Shown: positions 45,201 to 55,198 of the stretch, in pieces
Layout of the letters: each line of letters begins with the position of its first letter
Numbering within the stretch: the first letter of the stretch is position 1
Virus record (IMG/VR): IMGVR_UViG_3300022602_000001
Length of the DNA stretch: 64,000 bases
Strand: one strand, 5' to 3'
Source of the DNA: a virus
Notes under the pieces: model-generated
Database searches by the model: none
Told to the model about the DNA's origin: nothing
What the model saw: only the letters and a program-made list of their open reading frames with translations
Program-made: the position numbers and the translations under genes

Positions 45201-45530
45201 ATGAAAAAAAAGCAGAAGGAAATAGTCAAGGCAGTGTTTGACAATCTGGATCAACTGACCAAGGAGGACATAATCAGCTCACAGATGTTCAAGGACGTGC
45301 TAAAGAGGCATGTGCCAAGGGCAATAGAGGAAGCAATTGCAGGCAAGAAGGCCTTTGCCACGGTGTTCGAAATAAATTCCACCAACAGCTTCATAGACAT
45401 ACACAAGAATTATTGGGCGGACTCCCTGTCCGTCTGTTTGAATTGGTACTTGGAGGACGGATCAGAGGACTACGAGACCTGCAACCGCATATCAAAAATG
45501 ATAGAGTCCCTAAAACCAAATAAAAAGTAA
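45201..45530 (+). CDS. Hypothetical protein
   Basis: ORF; EDYETC motif. Confidence 0.65.
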   Translation: MKKKQKEIVKAVFDNLDQLTKEDIISSQMFKDVLKRHVPRAIEEAIAGKKAFATVFEINSTNSFIDIHKNYWADSLSVCLNWYLEDGSEDYETCNRISKMIESLKPNKK

Positions 45531-45533
45531 AAT

Positions 45534-45947
45534 ATGCTTCAGCACGATCAGTACAGAAACATACAGGATTCGGTAGACCACCTCTTGGGAATAAAATCAA
45601 CAATCAGAAGGAAAAAAAAGACTCAGTCGGAAAGAAAGAAGGAGCTGTTCTTTTTCATAATGACCCTCATGGAGGAGAGCATAGTGAGGTCAAACCTCGC
45701 TTACCACGAGCTTCAGCTGGACCTGTTCAAGTTCGAGGAGAAGTACGTCCAGATAATTGACATGCTCATGGCGATGAACTTTGGAGAGGAGCTGATGGAC
45801 ATCATAGGATTCTACCTGTACGACAGGATGCTGGAGGACGGAACTATCATTCCAATAACCACAGAGGACGGCCAGGAGATACTCCTAAAGACTCCGTACG
45901 ACCTGTGGAACTTGCTTGTTGCAATAAACCCAAAGATAGACGAGTAA
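45534..45947 (+). CDS. Hypothetical protein
   Basis: Packed ORF. Confidence 0.65.
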   Translation: MLQHDQYRNIQDSVDHLLGIKSTIRRKKKTQSERKKELFFFIMTLMEESIVRSNLAYHELQLDLFKFEEKYVQIIDMLMAMNFGEELMDIIGFYLYDRMLEDGTIIPITTEDGQEILLKTPYDLWNLLVAINPKIDE

Positions 45948-45953
45948 ACGAAC

Positions 45954-46799
45954 ATGAAAGGAAAGAGGGCAAAGTACCAGAAGAAGCTCCCGCGCGAGGT
46001 GTCCAAGGAAATAGGATTTCCCCACCTGGGCCTTCAGCTGACCGAGGACGAGATCAGGGAGTCGATGGTGAACTCCAAGAACATAACCGACGCGTGCCGC
46101 TACATGGGAATCTCCCTAAAGACTTGGGTGCACTACGCAAAGAGGTACATAGACCTAGAGACGGGAAAGACCCTCTACGAAATGCACAGGAAGTACGGCA
46201 ATCCAAACGTCGTTCGCACAAGAAAGAACAAGGAGAACCTTCCAAGAAAGTACAAAAAACAGATAGACAAGCTTCTCACCTACAGGAAGTGGACCAGCCC
46301 GGCCAGGGTGGCAATACTCAAGAAGATGCTCATCCTCCACGAGATGCACAAGGAGCAGTGCGAGCACTGTGGGTACGAGGACAGGAGAATAAAGGACGGC
46401 AAGCAGCCCCTGATGCTCCACTTCGTGGACGGCAACAGAAGGAACTGGGAGCTGTCCAACATACGGTGGCTCTGCTACAACTGCTACTTCATCCAGGCCA
46501 CGGACCCCTTCAGCGGAAGAATGCTCAGAAACATGGAGTCCAGCCCAATAGCAGGACACGAGACTTCGTTTGAGTCCAACCTTCTTTTCTACGACTTCGA
46601 TGAGTCTGTGCTCAAGGAGATACAGGTCATGCAGAACTTCTTGGAAGAGGGGAGGTACACGGAGGAGGAGGACCTTGTGGACTTCAAGAGCAAGCAGGAG
46701 AGGGAGATGGACGCAATCAAGAGTGCCATCAGCGAGATACAGTACACAAAGCTGGAGTTGGACGACGACGAGGAGTCGCTCATAGACAAAAGAATTTAG
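45954..46799 (+). CDS. HNH-like protein with N-terminal HTH-like segment
   Basis: CEHCG...LHFVDGNRRNW..SNIRWLCYNC. Confidence 0.7.
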   Translation: MKGKRAKYQKKLPREVSKEIGFPHLGLQLTEDEIRESMVNSKNITDACRYMGISLKTWVHYAKRYIDLETGKTLYEMHRKYGNPNVVRTRKNKENLPRKYKKQIDKLLTYRKWTSPARVAILKKMLILHEMHKEQCEHCGYEDRRIKDGKQPLMLHFVDGNRRNWELSNIRWLCYNCYFIQATDPFSGRMLRNMESSPIAGHETSFESNLLFYDFDESVLKEIQVMQNFLEEGRYTEEEDLVDFKSKQEREMDAIKSAISEIQYTKLELDDDEESLIDKRI

Positions 46800-46892
46800 C
46801 CTAAATACAATTTCTCACTTAAAAATTAAATTTCTTTGTTCGGGATTAAAGTGGTATTTTTACCATCTAAAAAATCTATTTAATTGAAAGTC

Positions 46893-47099
46893 ATGGTAGA
46901 AAAACTGAACATTGCAAAGACTGTGCACCCGACGGACCCATTGAGCATCAACAGCTGGATGAGAGAATTCAGGGTGGGGTGCAACTACGTAAAGGCCGCC
47001 TCCTGCAACGCAACCGACATAATGCACCAACAAGAGTCCAAAAACTCAAACTACTCGAGGCTGCTCAAGAGGTCATTGCAAAAATTTTCTTTGGCGTAA
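46893..47099 (+). CDS. Hypothetical protein
   Basis: ATG 46893 after early-type promoter motif. Confidence 0.5.
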   Translation: MVEKLNIAKTVHPTDPLSINSWMREFRVGCNYVKAASCNATDIMHQQESKNSNYSRLLKRSLQKFSLA

Positions 47100-47207
47100 T
47101 TGCTGCCACTTTAGTTTGTTGTTTGTATTGAATTTGGCCGTGTTCAAAATATTTATTGTAGTAAATTGCCCTGCAGAAAACATTAACATATTTACACAAC
47201 CAACAAT

Positions 47208-47522
47208 ATGAAAATCTTAACTTTAGACCCAACAGACCAAATTGTGAACAATTCTTTTTTGCAGTACGGACTTCTTGGAGTGATTGCTCTTTTGCTGGGA
47301 TACTTCGCATTTCTTCAGTACAAGAGGCTGGTGGAAAGAAACGATGCACTGGAGAAGAAGGTGGACAACCTTCAAAGGGACATGATGGGAATACTTGTGG
47401 AGGAGAGGGACAGGCTGTCAAAACTGATCAGCGACAACACGGCAGCTCTCAGCGACCTTCAGAAGACTATATACAGAGTTCTTTTGATGTCAAACAACAG
47501 AGGAGGAAATTCAGAATCTTAA
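47208..47522 (+). CDS. Membrane protein with coiled coil (holin-like)
   Basis: QYGLLGVIALLLGYF transmembrane helix then coiled coil. Confidence 0.6.
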   Translation: MKILTLDPTDQIVNNSFLQYGLLGVIALLLGYFAFLQYKRLVERNDALEKKVDNLQRDMMGILVEERDRLSKLISDNTAALSDLQKTIYRVLLMSNNRGGNSES

Positions 47523-47537
47523 TAAAAAATAAATGTT

Positions 47538-47735
47538 ATGTTGCGCAAATTAAAAAGGTCACTTTTTGCAAAAAAGATATTCTCTAAGCCCTGCAGCCCC
47601 AACCAATCCAGCTGCGACTACCACTATTCCATATTTGGAAGCTTCTGCAGTTCGTGCCCAACGCTGCAAGAAAAAAAATTAACAAAAGAAAGCAGGGTGA
47701 AAAAGTTTGCAAAGCAAGTCTCCTGTTTTCTCTAA
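47538..47735 (+). CDS. Cys-rich hypothetical protein
   Basis: Packed ORF. Confidence 0.4.
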   Translation: MLRKLKRSLFAKKIFSKPCSPNQSSCDYHYSIFGSFCSSCPTLQEKKLTKESRVKKFAKQVSCFL

Positions 47736-47802
47736 ACTGGAGTCCAACACTTTTTTATTTCAACCCAAATTACTACATTTACAAACAAAAAGGTTGCATT
47801 TT

Positions 47803-48972
47803 ATGGAAAATTTAAACAGCTGCTGCTTTATTTCCACAGTGGACGAAATAAGGCCAATAGAAGGGGCGGACAAGATAGAGCTCGCCCTCGTAAAGGGATG
47901 GAGCTGCATCGTCAAAAAGGGATCCCACTCAGTGGGAGATCTTGTCGTCTGCGCCACCACCGATGCCGTCATACCGGAGTCAATCTCCACCGACCTCAAC
48001 GTCAAGGATTACCTAAGAAGCGGCACCAGAGTAAAAACCATCAAACTGAAGGGAGTGTACTCAGAGTGCTTGATAATGCCAATGAGCGTTCTTCAAGGAA
48101 AGCTGACCATGGGCCACAGCGAGAAGGACGGAATGGACGTGATGGAAATCTTGGGCATCCACAAGTACGAGCCACCTGCAAAGATGGTGCAACTGTCCTC
48201 TGGCAGGAAGGTAAGGTACTTTGAAAACCAGAACTTTAGGATCTACTACAAATTTCCCAACATCAAAAACGTGAAGGGAATGTTCACAGAGGAGGATACG
48301 GTGCAGATCACCAGAAAGATTCACGGCACCAACGCCAGGTATGGAATAGTAAAAAAGACAAGGGTCTCCTGGATGGACAGTGCAAAGAAGTTCATCAGAA
48401 GGAACTTCAGGCTGTTTTCTTTGGAGTCCTGGGACTGGGTGGACTACGAGTTTGTTATTGGATCCCACAATGTGGAAAAGGGATCAGACTCCCAGGGGTT
48501 CTACGACACCAACGTGTGGTTCGAGATCGAAAAGAAGTATGGCATAAAGGAGCGACTTTGGAACTACGTGAAGAACGATTTGGTATTTCCCTATGGAATA
48601 GGGTCAGGCGTGATCCTGTACGGGGAGATATACGGCCACGGAATACAGAAGAACTACGACTATGGGCTCAAGGACAAGGACTTCGTTGCCTTTGACGTAG
48701 AGGAGAACGGGGAGTACCTCACCACCAGCATGACAAAGAGCGTGGTGGAGCTGATCCTTGGCCTTCCCCACGTGGAGGTGCTGTACTACGGAAAGTGGAG
48801 CCAGGAAGTCCAGGACTCTTACGTGTTTAAAAATTTCGTAGAGGGAACGAAGGTGCCCCACGAGGGAGTCGTTGTCAAGTCTTCGGACGGCAGCAGGAAC
48901 AAGGTGGCAAAGGTCATCAATCCGGACTACCTTATATTCTCTGAAAAGAACCACGTTGGAGACTCCCACTAG
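47803..48972 (+). CDS. ATP-dependent RNA ligase (DRB0094/Rnl2-like) with N-terminal OB-like domain
   Basis: PIEGADKIE, KIHGTN (motif I), YGEIYG, FDV, EGVVVK, KVINPDYL. Confidence 0.88.
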   Translation: MENLNSCCFISTVDEIRPIEGADKIELALVKGWSCIVKKGSHSVGDLVVCATTDAVIPESISTDLNVKDYLRSGTRVKTIKLKGVYSECLIMPMSVLQGKLTMGHSEKDGMDVMEILGIHKYEPPAKMVQLSSGRKVRYFENQNFRIYYKFPNIKNVKGMFTEEDTVQITRKIHGTNARYGIVKKTRVSWMDSAKKFIRRNFRLFSLESWDWVDYEFVIGSHNVEKGSDSQGFYDTNVWFEIEKKYGIKERLWNYVKNDLVFPYGIGSGVILYGEIYGHGIQKNYDYGLKDKDFVAFDVEENGEYLTTSMTKSVVELILGLPHVEVLYYGKWSQEVQDSYVFKNFVEGTKVPHEGVVVKSSDGSRNKVAKVINPDYLIFSEKNHVGDSH

Positions 48973-48993
48973 ACAGTATTTTTACACAGAAAA

Positions 48994-49209
48994 ATGATAG
49001 ACAGAATGGCAAAGAAGTGCAAAATTTGCAAGCAGGACTTACATCCAGTGAGGGCCAAGTACGGCTACGACACGTGCGTGAATCACTCGAATGCAGACAG
49101 GTACAGCGGCATAATATCAGGGACGGGAGAGGACAGCTTTGAGCTGAACATAATAAAGGACAGGGAAGCTGCCGCATATTTGAAGAGCCTTTCTCATGTG
49201 TACGAGTAG
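48994..49209 (+). CDS. Zn-finger hypothetical protein
   Basis: CKIC...HP.R...GY.TCV. Confidence 0.6.
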   Translation: MIDRMAKKCKICKQDLHPVRAKYGYDTCVNHSNADRYSGIISGTGEDSFELNIIKDREAAAYLKSLSHVYE

Positions 49210-49238
49210 GACATATTTATTGTATATACACAAAAAGC

Positions 49239-49694
49239 ATGAACTACGTAAGCTACGCACAGTACACAGACTCACTGAACAATTTCAAACAGGCAGAAGG
49301 GCTTTTAAAAGAGTCCAAGGAGGACGACCTGTGCCCAAATGCTTCCCACCACGAGTGGAAGAAGGTTGGATCAGAGAAAGCCAAGTGCGAGCACTGCGGG
49401 ATGACAAAGGCGATTGCATACGGGTACGAGCCGGAGAGGTCCTTTGAGTACGGAGAGAAGAACAAAATGAGAGAGGGAGTTTCAAGGATGAGCGAGTCAA
49501 GAAGGAGGTTCGAGTCAATCAGACAGAACCTGTCCCCAGAGGACCAGGAGCAGCTGAGAGAGTACATGGACACCTTGAAGGAGGTGAAGAGGACCATAAA
49601 AGAGCTTCTATTGAAGGGGTCCAAGAGATCATCCGACGAGCACAGAATTGAGGAGGGAGGAGACATGATGCACAAGAGACTGAAGATCAAGTAG
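49239..49694 (+). CDS. Hypothetical protein
   Basis: CATATTTATT motif upstream. Confidence 0.6.
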   Translation: MNYVSYAQYTDSLNNFKQAEGLLKESKEDDLCPNASHHEWKKVGSEKAKCEHCGMTKAIAYGYEPERSFEYGEKNKMREGVSRMSESRRRFESIRQNLSPEDQEQLREYMDTLKEVKRTIKELLLKGSKRSSDEHRIEEGGDMMHKRLKIK

Positions 49695-49726
49695 ATGAAG
49701 TCTTAATCACAACAGAAACAAATTTT

Positions 49727-49755
49727 AGAGGCCTTTTATTGGGCCTCTTTTATTT
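49727..49755 (+). terminator. Intrinsic terminator
   Basis: AGAGGCCT/GGGCCTCT followed by T-run. Confidence 0.7.
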
Positions 49756-49772
49756 TAAAAAATTAAGTTTGC

Positions 49773-50174
49773 ATGAAATCAGAGAAAAAACCAGACCTGG
49801 TAGTGTGGTCGGAGGAAAGGAACTACTACGCTCGGGAGCTGGAGTACGGGTCCAACCTCTCAGCACCTTCCATAAGGGCAGATAACGTCGACGGATGGAA
49901 GCGGGCAAGGGTGGAGGACTTCAACAGGGAGTTCAAAGCGAGGTATGACGAGCTCGTCGAACAGGCAAAAAGGCTGAAGAGCGAGTACGAGTGGAACGAA
50001 CTGCTATACACAAGGGTTCATTACTCTTTTCAGCCGATGGCCGGAAGGACGTACCATCTCTACTCAAGGAGGGACGGAACCATGTTCCTGTCCATCGTGG
50101 AACCAGGGCAGTGGAGGATGGACCACGTGGGAAGCTTTAAAATGGATTCTTCAGGCAGGTGGATTAAAATCTGA
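49773..50174 (+). CDS. DUF2452-like protein
   Basis: Y...LSAP.I, F.P..G..YHLY, FLS.VEP..W. Confidence 0.65.
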   Translation: MKSEKKPDLVVWSEERNYYARELEYGSNLSAPSIRADNVDGWKRARVEDFNREFKARYDELVEQAKRLKSEYEWNELLYTRVHYSFQPMAGRTYHLYSRRDGTMFLSIVEPGQWRMDHVGSFKMDSSGRWIKI

Positions 50175-50246
50175 AAAAACCAAAAATAAATTTTTTTTAT
50201 TTCGAGGATTTGTTGTACATTTACTATCTAAAAAATAATAAAAGTT

Positions 50247-51179
50247 ATGGCAAGCAAATACTACTCAATCCACAAGCAGCGGGCCAAGGAGCTCGGAATC
50301 AAAGTGTCAGAATACTACAAGAGGGGACTGAACAGGGATTCAGCAGTTCAGAGCTCCAGAAAATCAGAATCTTCAGCAAAGGAGATAGACTTCTCAATGG
50401 TCAAAAGGATGGACGACTTCCACGTGGACGAGAGGATGTTCAAGGTTCACAAGTCGGGGGTTGCCATAGACGACATGATCTCCTTCGAGGGAGGAATTCC
50501 CGTGTCGACCAACATAATGGTCACCGGGGATCCCGGCAGCGGAAAAACCACAATAATGCTGCACACCCTCTCCCACCTGCAGACCAACAACAGCCACCTC
50601 AAGTGCCTGTTCGTTTCGGCCGAAATGGGAAGGAAGGGGATAGTGAACTACAAGAAGAGGTTCCCAATCTTTGGGTGCCTGGAAACCATATTCACCTCCG
50701 AGTTCGTGGAGCACAACATGAAGGACGTCATAGAACAGCTCTTCGACAGGGGCTACGACTACGTTTTGATCGACAGCCTGGCAGAGCTGCTGGACATGGT
50801 GAGGGACCACTCAGGAATGTCTCAGGCGCAGGCGGACAAGTGGATGCTGGACCTCTGCGTTAAGCACAACAGGGGGGAGAACAAAAGGGGCGCCTACACC
50901 ACAATGATCATGATACAGCAGGTGACCAAGGGAGGCAAGTTCATAGGCTCCAACAAGGTAAAGCACATCTGCGACGCCCACATGGAGCTCAAGAAGAGGA
51001 AGAGGGAGAGCCCAGAGGACGTCCAGAGGACCTACATGTTCTTCTCAAAGAACAGGAACGGGAACGTCTTCGTTGAGTGCGAGTACGTGCTGGGAGCCAA
51101 CGACGTGGTGTACGGGCAGTCCCACCAGGAGGCGCCCGAGGACGAAGAAGAAATCAGATTCGAACTTTCAATTCAATAA
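50247..51179 (+). CDS. RecA-superfamily ATPase (RadA/Sms-like)
   Basis: GDPGSGKTT, SAEM, VLIDS, Q.TK.G...GS...KH..DA, KNR.G. Confidence 0.82.
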   Translation: MASKYYSIHKQRAKELGIKVSEYYKRGLNRDSAVQSSRKSESSAKEIDFSMVKRMDDFHVDERMFKVHKSGVAIDDMISFEGGIPVSTNIMVTGDPGSGKTTIMLHTLSHLQTNNSHLKCLFVSAEMGRKGIVNYKKRFPIFGCLETIFTSEFVEHNMKDVIEQLFDRGYDYVLIDSLAELLDMVRDHSGMSQAQADKWMLDLCVKHNRGENKRGAYTTMIMIQQVTKGGKFIGSNKVKHICDAHMELKKRKRESPEDVQRTYMFFSKNRNGNVFVECEYVLGANDVVYGQSHQEAPEDEEEIRFELSIQ

Positions 51180-51190
51180 AACTGAAGACC

Positions 51191-51439
51191 ATGGCAGACA
51201 CAAAAATTTTGGACAAATTCAAGAGCAGGATGGACCGACTGGGAATACAGGTGGAGTACACCATTAACTTTCCATTCGTCTACGTGGGCAGCGTGGATGG
51301 AAGAAAGGTCAAACCAGAGGACTACTACATGGCGAACCACGGGTTCACCATCGCATTCTACCCAACAAGAGGACAGGCAATGGAAATAACCAATGTAAGA
51401 AAGCTGTTTCAGCTGATCAGGAAGTACAAAAAAAATTAA
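51191..51439 (+). CDS. Hypothetical protein
   Basis: ATG 51191. Confidence 0.6.
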   Translation: MADTKILDKFKSRMDRLGIQVEYTINFPFVYVGSVDGRKVKPEDYYMANHGFTIAFYPTRGQAMEITNVRKLFQLIRKYKKN

Positions 51440-51526
51440 ACAGCGCATTTTTGAATTTACCTGATAATTAATTTTTAAAATTAGGAAAAACTAATTTATA
51501 TTTGTTTAAACAATAAAACAAAAAAA

Positions 51527-52033
51527 ATGAAAAAGACGTTCAGTGTTTTAATTTTGTCAATTTTAATTTCAATTTTTATTTCTGGCTGCGATGAGCAACC
51601 GACAGCAGACGAAAAGGACAGGGCCCAGCAGGAGCAGCTGCTCAAGGAGGCGCAGCGACAGACTGGCATGCCGGCCATACACAACTTTCAGGAGAAGAAG
51701 CTTCTAAAGATGATATACGAGCTGAGGGACGACGAAAAGATCGTCAACTATGCCTACCTCTACAACGAGTATAATGGAAAGCTCATACTTCTTGGCAAGT
51801 GCCTAGGATACGGAATTCCATACAGCACTCAGTACAGCAATCCAGAAAAGGACGTATACGAAGGAGACCACTACAAGGGCTTTGGTGCCCTTCCACAGGC
51901 AGAGCCCAACGGGCTGTTCATGCCTGCTTCCAGCGATGGAACGTGGGTCATGCTGCTGGACAAAGACGGCAATCCCCACCCAGTCTACATCGAACCAAAG
52001 GTGGTTGTGAGCCCTATTCCACTGAGCATTTAA
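51527..52033 (+). CDS. Phage lipoprotein
   Basis: Signal peptide ending ISGC; GYGIPY.TQY.NP, QAEPNGL. Confidence 0.75.
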   Translation: MKKTFSVLILSILISIFISGCDEQPTADEKDRAQQEQLLKEAQRQTGMPAIHNFQEKKLLKMIYELRDDEKIVNYAYLYNEYNGKLILLGKCLGYGIPYSTQYSNPEKDVYEGDHYKGFGALPQAEPNGLFMPASSDGTWVMLLDKDGNPHPVYIEPKVVVSPIPLSI

Positions 52034-52054
52034 TCAATTCAAAAACAATATACA

Positions 52055-52378
52055 ATGAAACAGATAGTTGGACTAGTAATTTTATTTTTGGCCCTGGGAG
52101 TGGTAGTGTCGTTCTCAGCAGGCTGGTTCCAGGTGGCCTACACGTCAACCGTTGAAAAGGCACAGCAGAATGCAGAGAGGAAGGTTTTTGAACAGTCCCA
52201 ATCTTACGTGGAGGGAAAGAGGCAGGAGGTCACCAAGCTGAGGTACGAGTACCTGACCACAAAGGATCCACAGGAGAGGGCTGCAATAAGGGCCACTCTT
52301 AGGTCCTCTCTGGCAAACTTTGACCTGACCAAGCTCGACCCAGACCTTCAAGCATTCGTGGACTCTACGGCCCACTGA
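52055..52378 (+). CDS. Membrane-anchored hypothetical protein
   Basis: N-terminal TM, R.VFEQSQSYVEG. Confidence 0.7.
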   Translation: MKQIVGLVILFLALGVVVSFSAGWFQVAYTSTVEKAQQNAERKVFEQSQSYVEGKRQEVTKLRYEYLTTKDPQERAAIRATLRSSLANFDLTKLDPDLQAFVDSTAH

Positions 52379-52392
52379 TAAAAACAGAAAGC

Positions 52393-52599
52393 ATGACAGC
52401 AAAGCTAATTCAAGTCGACTACACGTTCAGCGTGGATGACCCAGAGTCTGGAGCCTCATACACAGTCACCCTAATGGAGGACATCTCTCTCGAGGGCCAG
52501 TACGTTAGCTATGGGATATTCGACGACGATGGAAACGAGGTCGAGGACGAGTGGATCGCCCTGTCCATAATGACAGCGGTGGAAAATTTAAGGGAGTAA
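52393..52599 (+). CDS. Acidic hypothetical protein
   Basis: Packed ORF. Confidence 0.6.
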   Translation: MTAKLIQVDYTFSVDDPESGASYTVTLMEDISLEGQYVSYGIFDDDGNEVEDEWIALSIMTAVENLRE

Positions 52600-52615
52600 A
52601 CTAAAAAATACAACA

Positions 52616-52891
52616 ATGCCAACTTTTACAGTCGATGCAGAGCTGGACATGCAAGTCGTCCACATAGACGTAAACGAGTTCATAAGCAAGTGCTCTATAA
52701 AGGAGATAGGGGGATTGGTGCAGATTCTCAAGGATGAGGGCCATTTGGGAGAACCTCCGGAGTACTCATTTGAGGGATCAGGATACGACGCAATGGAGTT
52801 TTTTCATGCTGCAAAAAAGCTGCTGAACAACTACCTGAGGCTGTCCAAGGAGGACTCAGACGCCGTCGTTGCCATTGCAAAAAAGCTCTAA
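52616..52891 (+). CDS. Hypothetical protein
   Basis: Packed ORF. Confidence 0.6.
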   Translation: MPTFTVDAELDMQVVHIDVNEFISKCSIKEIGGLVQILKDEGHLGEPPEYSFEGSGYDAMEFFHAAKKLLNNYLRLSKEDSDAVVAIAKKL

Positions 52892-52909
52892 CAAAAAAAT
52901 AAGCAAAAA

Positions 52910-53161
52910 ATGAAGTGCCTAAAAAACAGAACAACAAAAGAGATCGTAAGGGTGGACGACGTTCAGGCAGAAAAGTATGCCAAGAGCGGCTGGGACTTCA
53001 TCAAGAAGTCTGAGTGGAAGGAGGGGCGTCCAAGGGAGGACGCGGACTCAGCAGCCGCGCGGGAGAAGAAGCAGGAGACCATAAGTGAAAAGGCCCTCAG
53101 AAGGTCAAAGATAAAGTCTAAGCAGAGGCAGCCCTTCATGTCGGACGTTGCCATGGCCTAA
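52910..53161 (+). CDS. Basic hypothetical protein
   Basis: I.RV.D..A......W.FI.KSEWK pattern. Confidence 0.6.
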   Translation: MKCLKNRTTKEIVRVDDVQAEKYAKSGWDFIKKSEWKEGRPREDADSAAAREKKQETISEKALRRSKIKSKQRQPFMSDVAMA

Positions 53162-53175
53162 AAAACAGAACCACA

Positions 53176-53604
53176 ATGACGAGAATAAATGCTCACTTAA
53201 GGCCGAGCCAGCTGTGCGACCAGCACTTGATTGCAGAGTACAGAGAGATACTCAGGGTCTTTAAACTGGCCAGGCCATTGCCTCCGTCAGCGTCCAGCCA
53301 GTTCAGGCTTGGAGCGGGCCACGTTGCTTTCTTTTACGACAAACTGAAGTACGCCCATAAAAGGTTCTTGGAACTGAAGTCGGAGGCGGCCAGCAGGGGC
53401 TTCGAGGCAAGGATGGAATTCGACGAAGGCGCTCTCGAGGGAAAGCGGGGGCTATACAACGACTGGGAGGGAAGCCCAGCTGCCAACGAGCTCGTGGTAG
53501 ACAGAATCCTTGAGAGGGCAGCCGGCATGAGGTCGATCAGGTACAAAGGGGAGCGGATGAGTCTAGAACAGTACAAACAACTCCTGACCAATGGAAGTCG
53601 TTAG
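53176..53604 (+). CDS. denV: Pyrimidine-dimer DNA glycosylase (T4 endonuclease V-like)
   Basis: MTRIN, L.DQHL.AEYREI.R, F.LG.GHV.FFYDK. Confidence 0.92.
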   Translation: MTRINAHLRPSQLCDQHLIAEYREILRVFKLARPLPPSASSQFRLGAGHVAFFYDKLKYAHKRFLELKSEAASRGFEARMEFDEGALEGKRGLYNDWEGSPAANELVVDRILERAAGMRSIRYKGERMSLEQYKQLLTNGSR

Positions 53605-53766
53605 GGCGTTCCACTCCCTGTCCCTTTGGGCCAGCTCTCTTGCAGTCCGCTGCTTCGTGAGACTCAGGTGGTGGAGGTGCACCAAGGCGGTGCTGGAGTT
53701 CAAGAAGGACCGGCTGTCCGCCTCGATGAGAAAAACAATTGCAGAACAAAAAAACAAATCAAAAAA

Positions 53767-54264
53767 ATGACAAGACTAGTAAGAGCGGTAATACTTCTGG
53801 CGCTAGTGACGCAGGTCACTCACGCAGCTTGGGTGTTCAACAACATATCGCAAACCAAGGGGCCACTCCTGGACACGGTGATGTCCTACGTGTTCGCCGC
53901 CAGCCTTGAGCTTTCAATATTCATATTCACCATAAGGGGAAAGGTGAGGATAGCCACCTTCTTTGCCGTGGTGTCCACCCTGATAAACATCCTGTACTAC
54001 TGGTTCGAGGTTGGATTCTCGCTGCAGTTCTGCTCCATGGTGGTCATATCCCCAATAATACCAACAACAATATACTTCTACTCGGACCTGATCATGGAGG
54101 ACGTCAGGATCGCTCAGAATCCACCGCAGAAGAAAGAATCAATTGGTGCACCCCAAGCAGCAGTCAGCGCAGAAGAGGACCTCGTAGACTACAGGCTTCC
54201 AAGTGCTCCAGCCCAGCCTGCAAAGAGGCCGGTGGGTAGACCAAGAAAGATACAGCAAATATAA
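53767..54264 (+). CDS. Multi-pass membrane protein
   Basis: Several hydrophobic helices; C-terminal RPVGRPRK AT-hook-like motif. Confidence 0.65.
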   Translation: MTRLVRAVILLALVTQVTHAAWVFNNISQTKGPLLDTVMSYVFAASLELSIFIFTIRGKVRIATFFAVVSTLINILYYWFEVGFSLQFCSMVVISPIIPTTIYFYSDLIMEDVRIAQNPPQKKESIGAPQAAVSAEEDLVDYRLPSAPAQPAKRPVGRPRKIQQI

Positions 54265-54270
54265 TACAGG

Positions 54271-54528
54271 ATGAAGCACACAGTCATAAACGATCAACTC
54301 AGAGATTCTTTGCACGAGTATCAAAAGTCCAATTTATCATTCGAGTACTACGTGGACAGTCTTGTCAGGAAGGATCTAATCAGTTCAGATCTTCTTAAGC
54401 ATCTTCATTTCCATTTGAGACGGCCTCTTTGGAATAAATTGCTAGGAGTCTATCATGCACTAAGCGAAATAAAATCGAGGAGGTCCCTGTCAATAGTGAT
54501 GAAACCACTAATCCAAAAACAAAAATGA
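54271..54528 (+). CDS. Small MKH-type helical protein
   Basis: MKH start, periodic Leu. Confidence 0.55.
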   Translation: MKHTVINDQLRDSLHEYQKSNLSFEYYVDSLVRKDLISSDLLKHLHFHLRRPLWNKLLGVYHALSEIKSRRSLSIVMKPLIQKQK

Positions 54529-54746
54529 AAGTGAGAACTCTAAATCATGATGCACTGTGGCATGGAATGGCTGTAAAGTTCAGAAAATACTCCATGCAAG
54601 TGCCATTTGGGATTGAGTTGCGTGAATATTGCATGGACAGTCTTTTTTATCACCTTCATTTTAGGCTTTATTCTCAGATGTGCACTACTGTAGGCAATCA
54701 AGTTGAGTTTGAACTTAAAAATACGGAAATTCATGAAAAAGAGTAG
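54525..54746 (+). CDS. Small helical hypothetical protein
   Basis: ATGA overlap; LHFRLYSQ. Confidence 0.5.
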   Translation: MKVRTLNHDALWHGMAVKFRKYSMQVPFGIELREYCMDSLFYHLHFRLYSQMCTTVGNQVEFELKNTEIHEKE

Positions 54747-54951
54747 AAGGCACGAATCCATTAAAGTGTTGGCAAAGATAAGAGACGAAATGGATCTTAA
54801 ATTTAATGTAGAGATTGAAAAGTTTAATATTGACCAGAGAGAACTCTACGAGGAGTCCAACAAGAATTTGTACAATCCTCTTGTTGAGAGTCTTGTATTT
54901 AAGCTGAGATCTCCTATAGAAATTCAGTTTTACAGGTATTTTCTATCTTAA
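54733..54951 (+). CDS. Small helical hypothetical protein
   Basis: ATG 54733. Confidence 0.5.
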   Translation: MKKSRRHESIKVLAKIRDEMDLKFNVEIEKFNIDQRELYEESNKNLYNPLVESLVFKLRSPIEIQFYRYFLS

Positions 54952-54964
54952 TTAAACTAAAAAA

Positions 54965-55198
54965 ATGTCAAATCATCCATTGAGACACGAGTCTAACACC
55001 GGCTTCATAAACAGTTTGCTGTGCTCAAGATTCTCATCTTCCGCAGAGGAGCTGGACAAGATAAACGTTTGTGGGTACGAGATAGTCGATGCAATACTCC
55101 ACCCAGGATTCTTCAGGCTGGTTCTTCAGCTGAGAATGGTTCTTAAAGAGAGGACTTCAGAATCACACACAAAATTAATAGAGTCTCTCAAAAAATGA
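54965..55198 (+). CDS. Small helical hypothetical protein
   Basis: Packed ORF. Confidence 0.5.
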   Translation: MSNHPLRHESNTGFINSLLCSRFSSSAEELDKINVCGYEIVDAILHPGFFRLVLQLRMVLKERTSESHTKLIESLKK

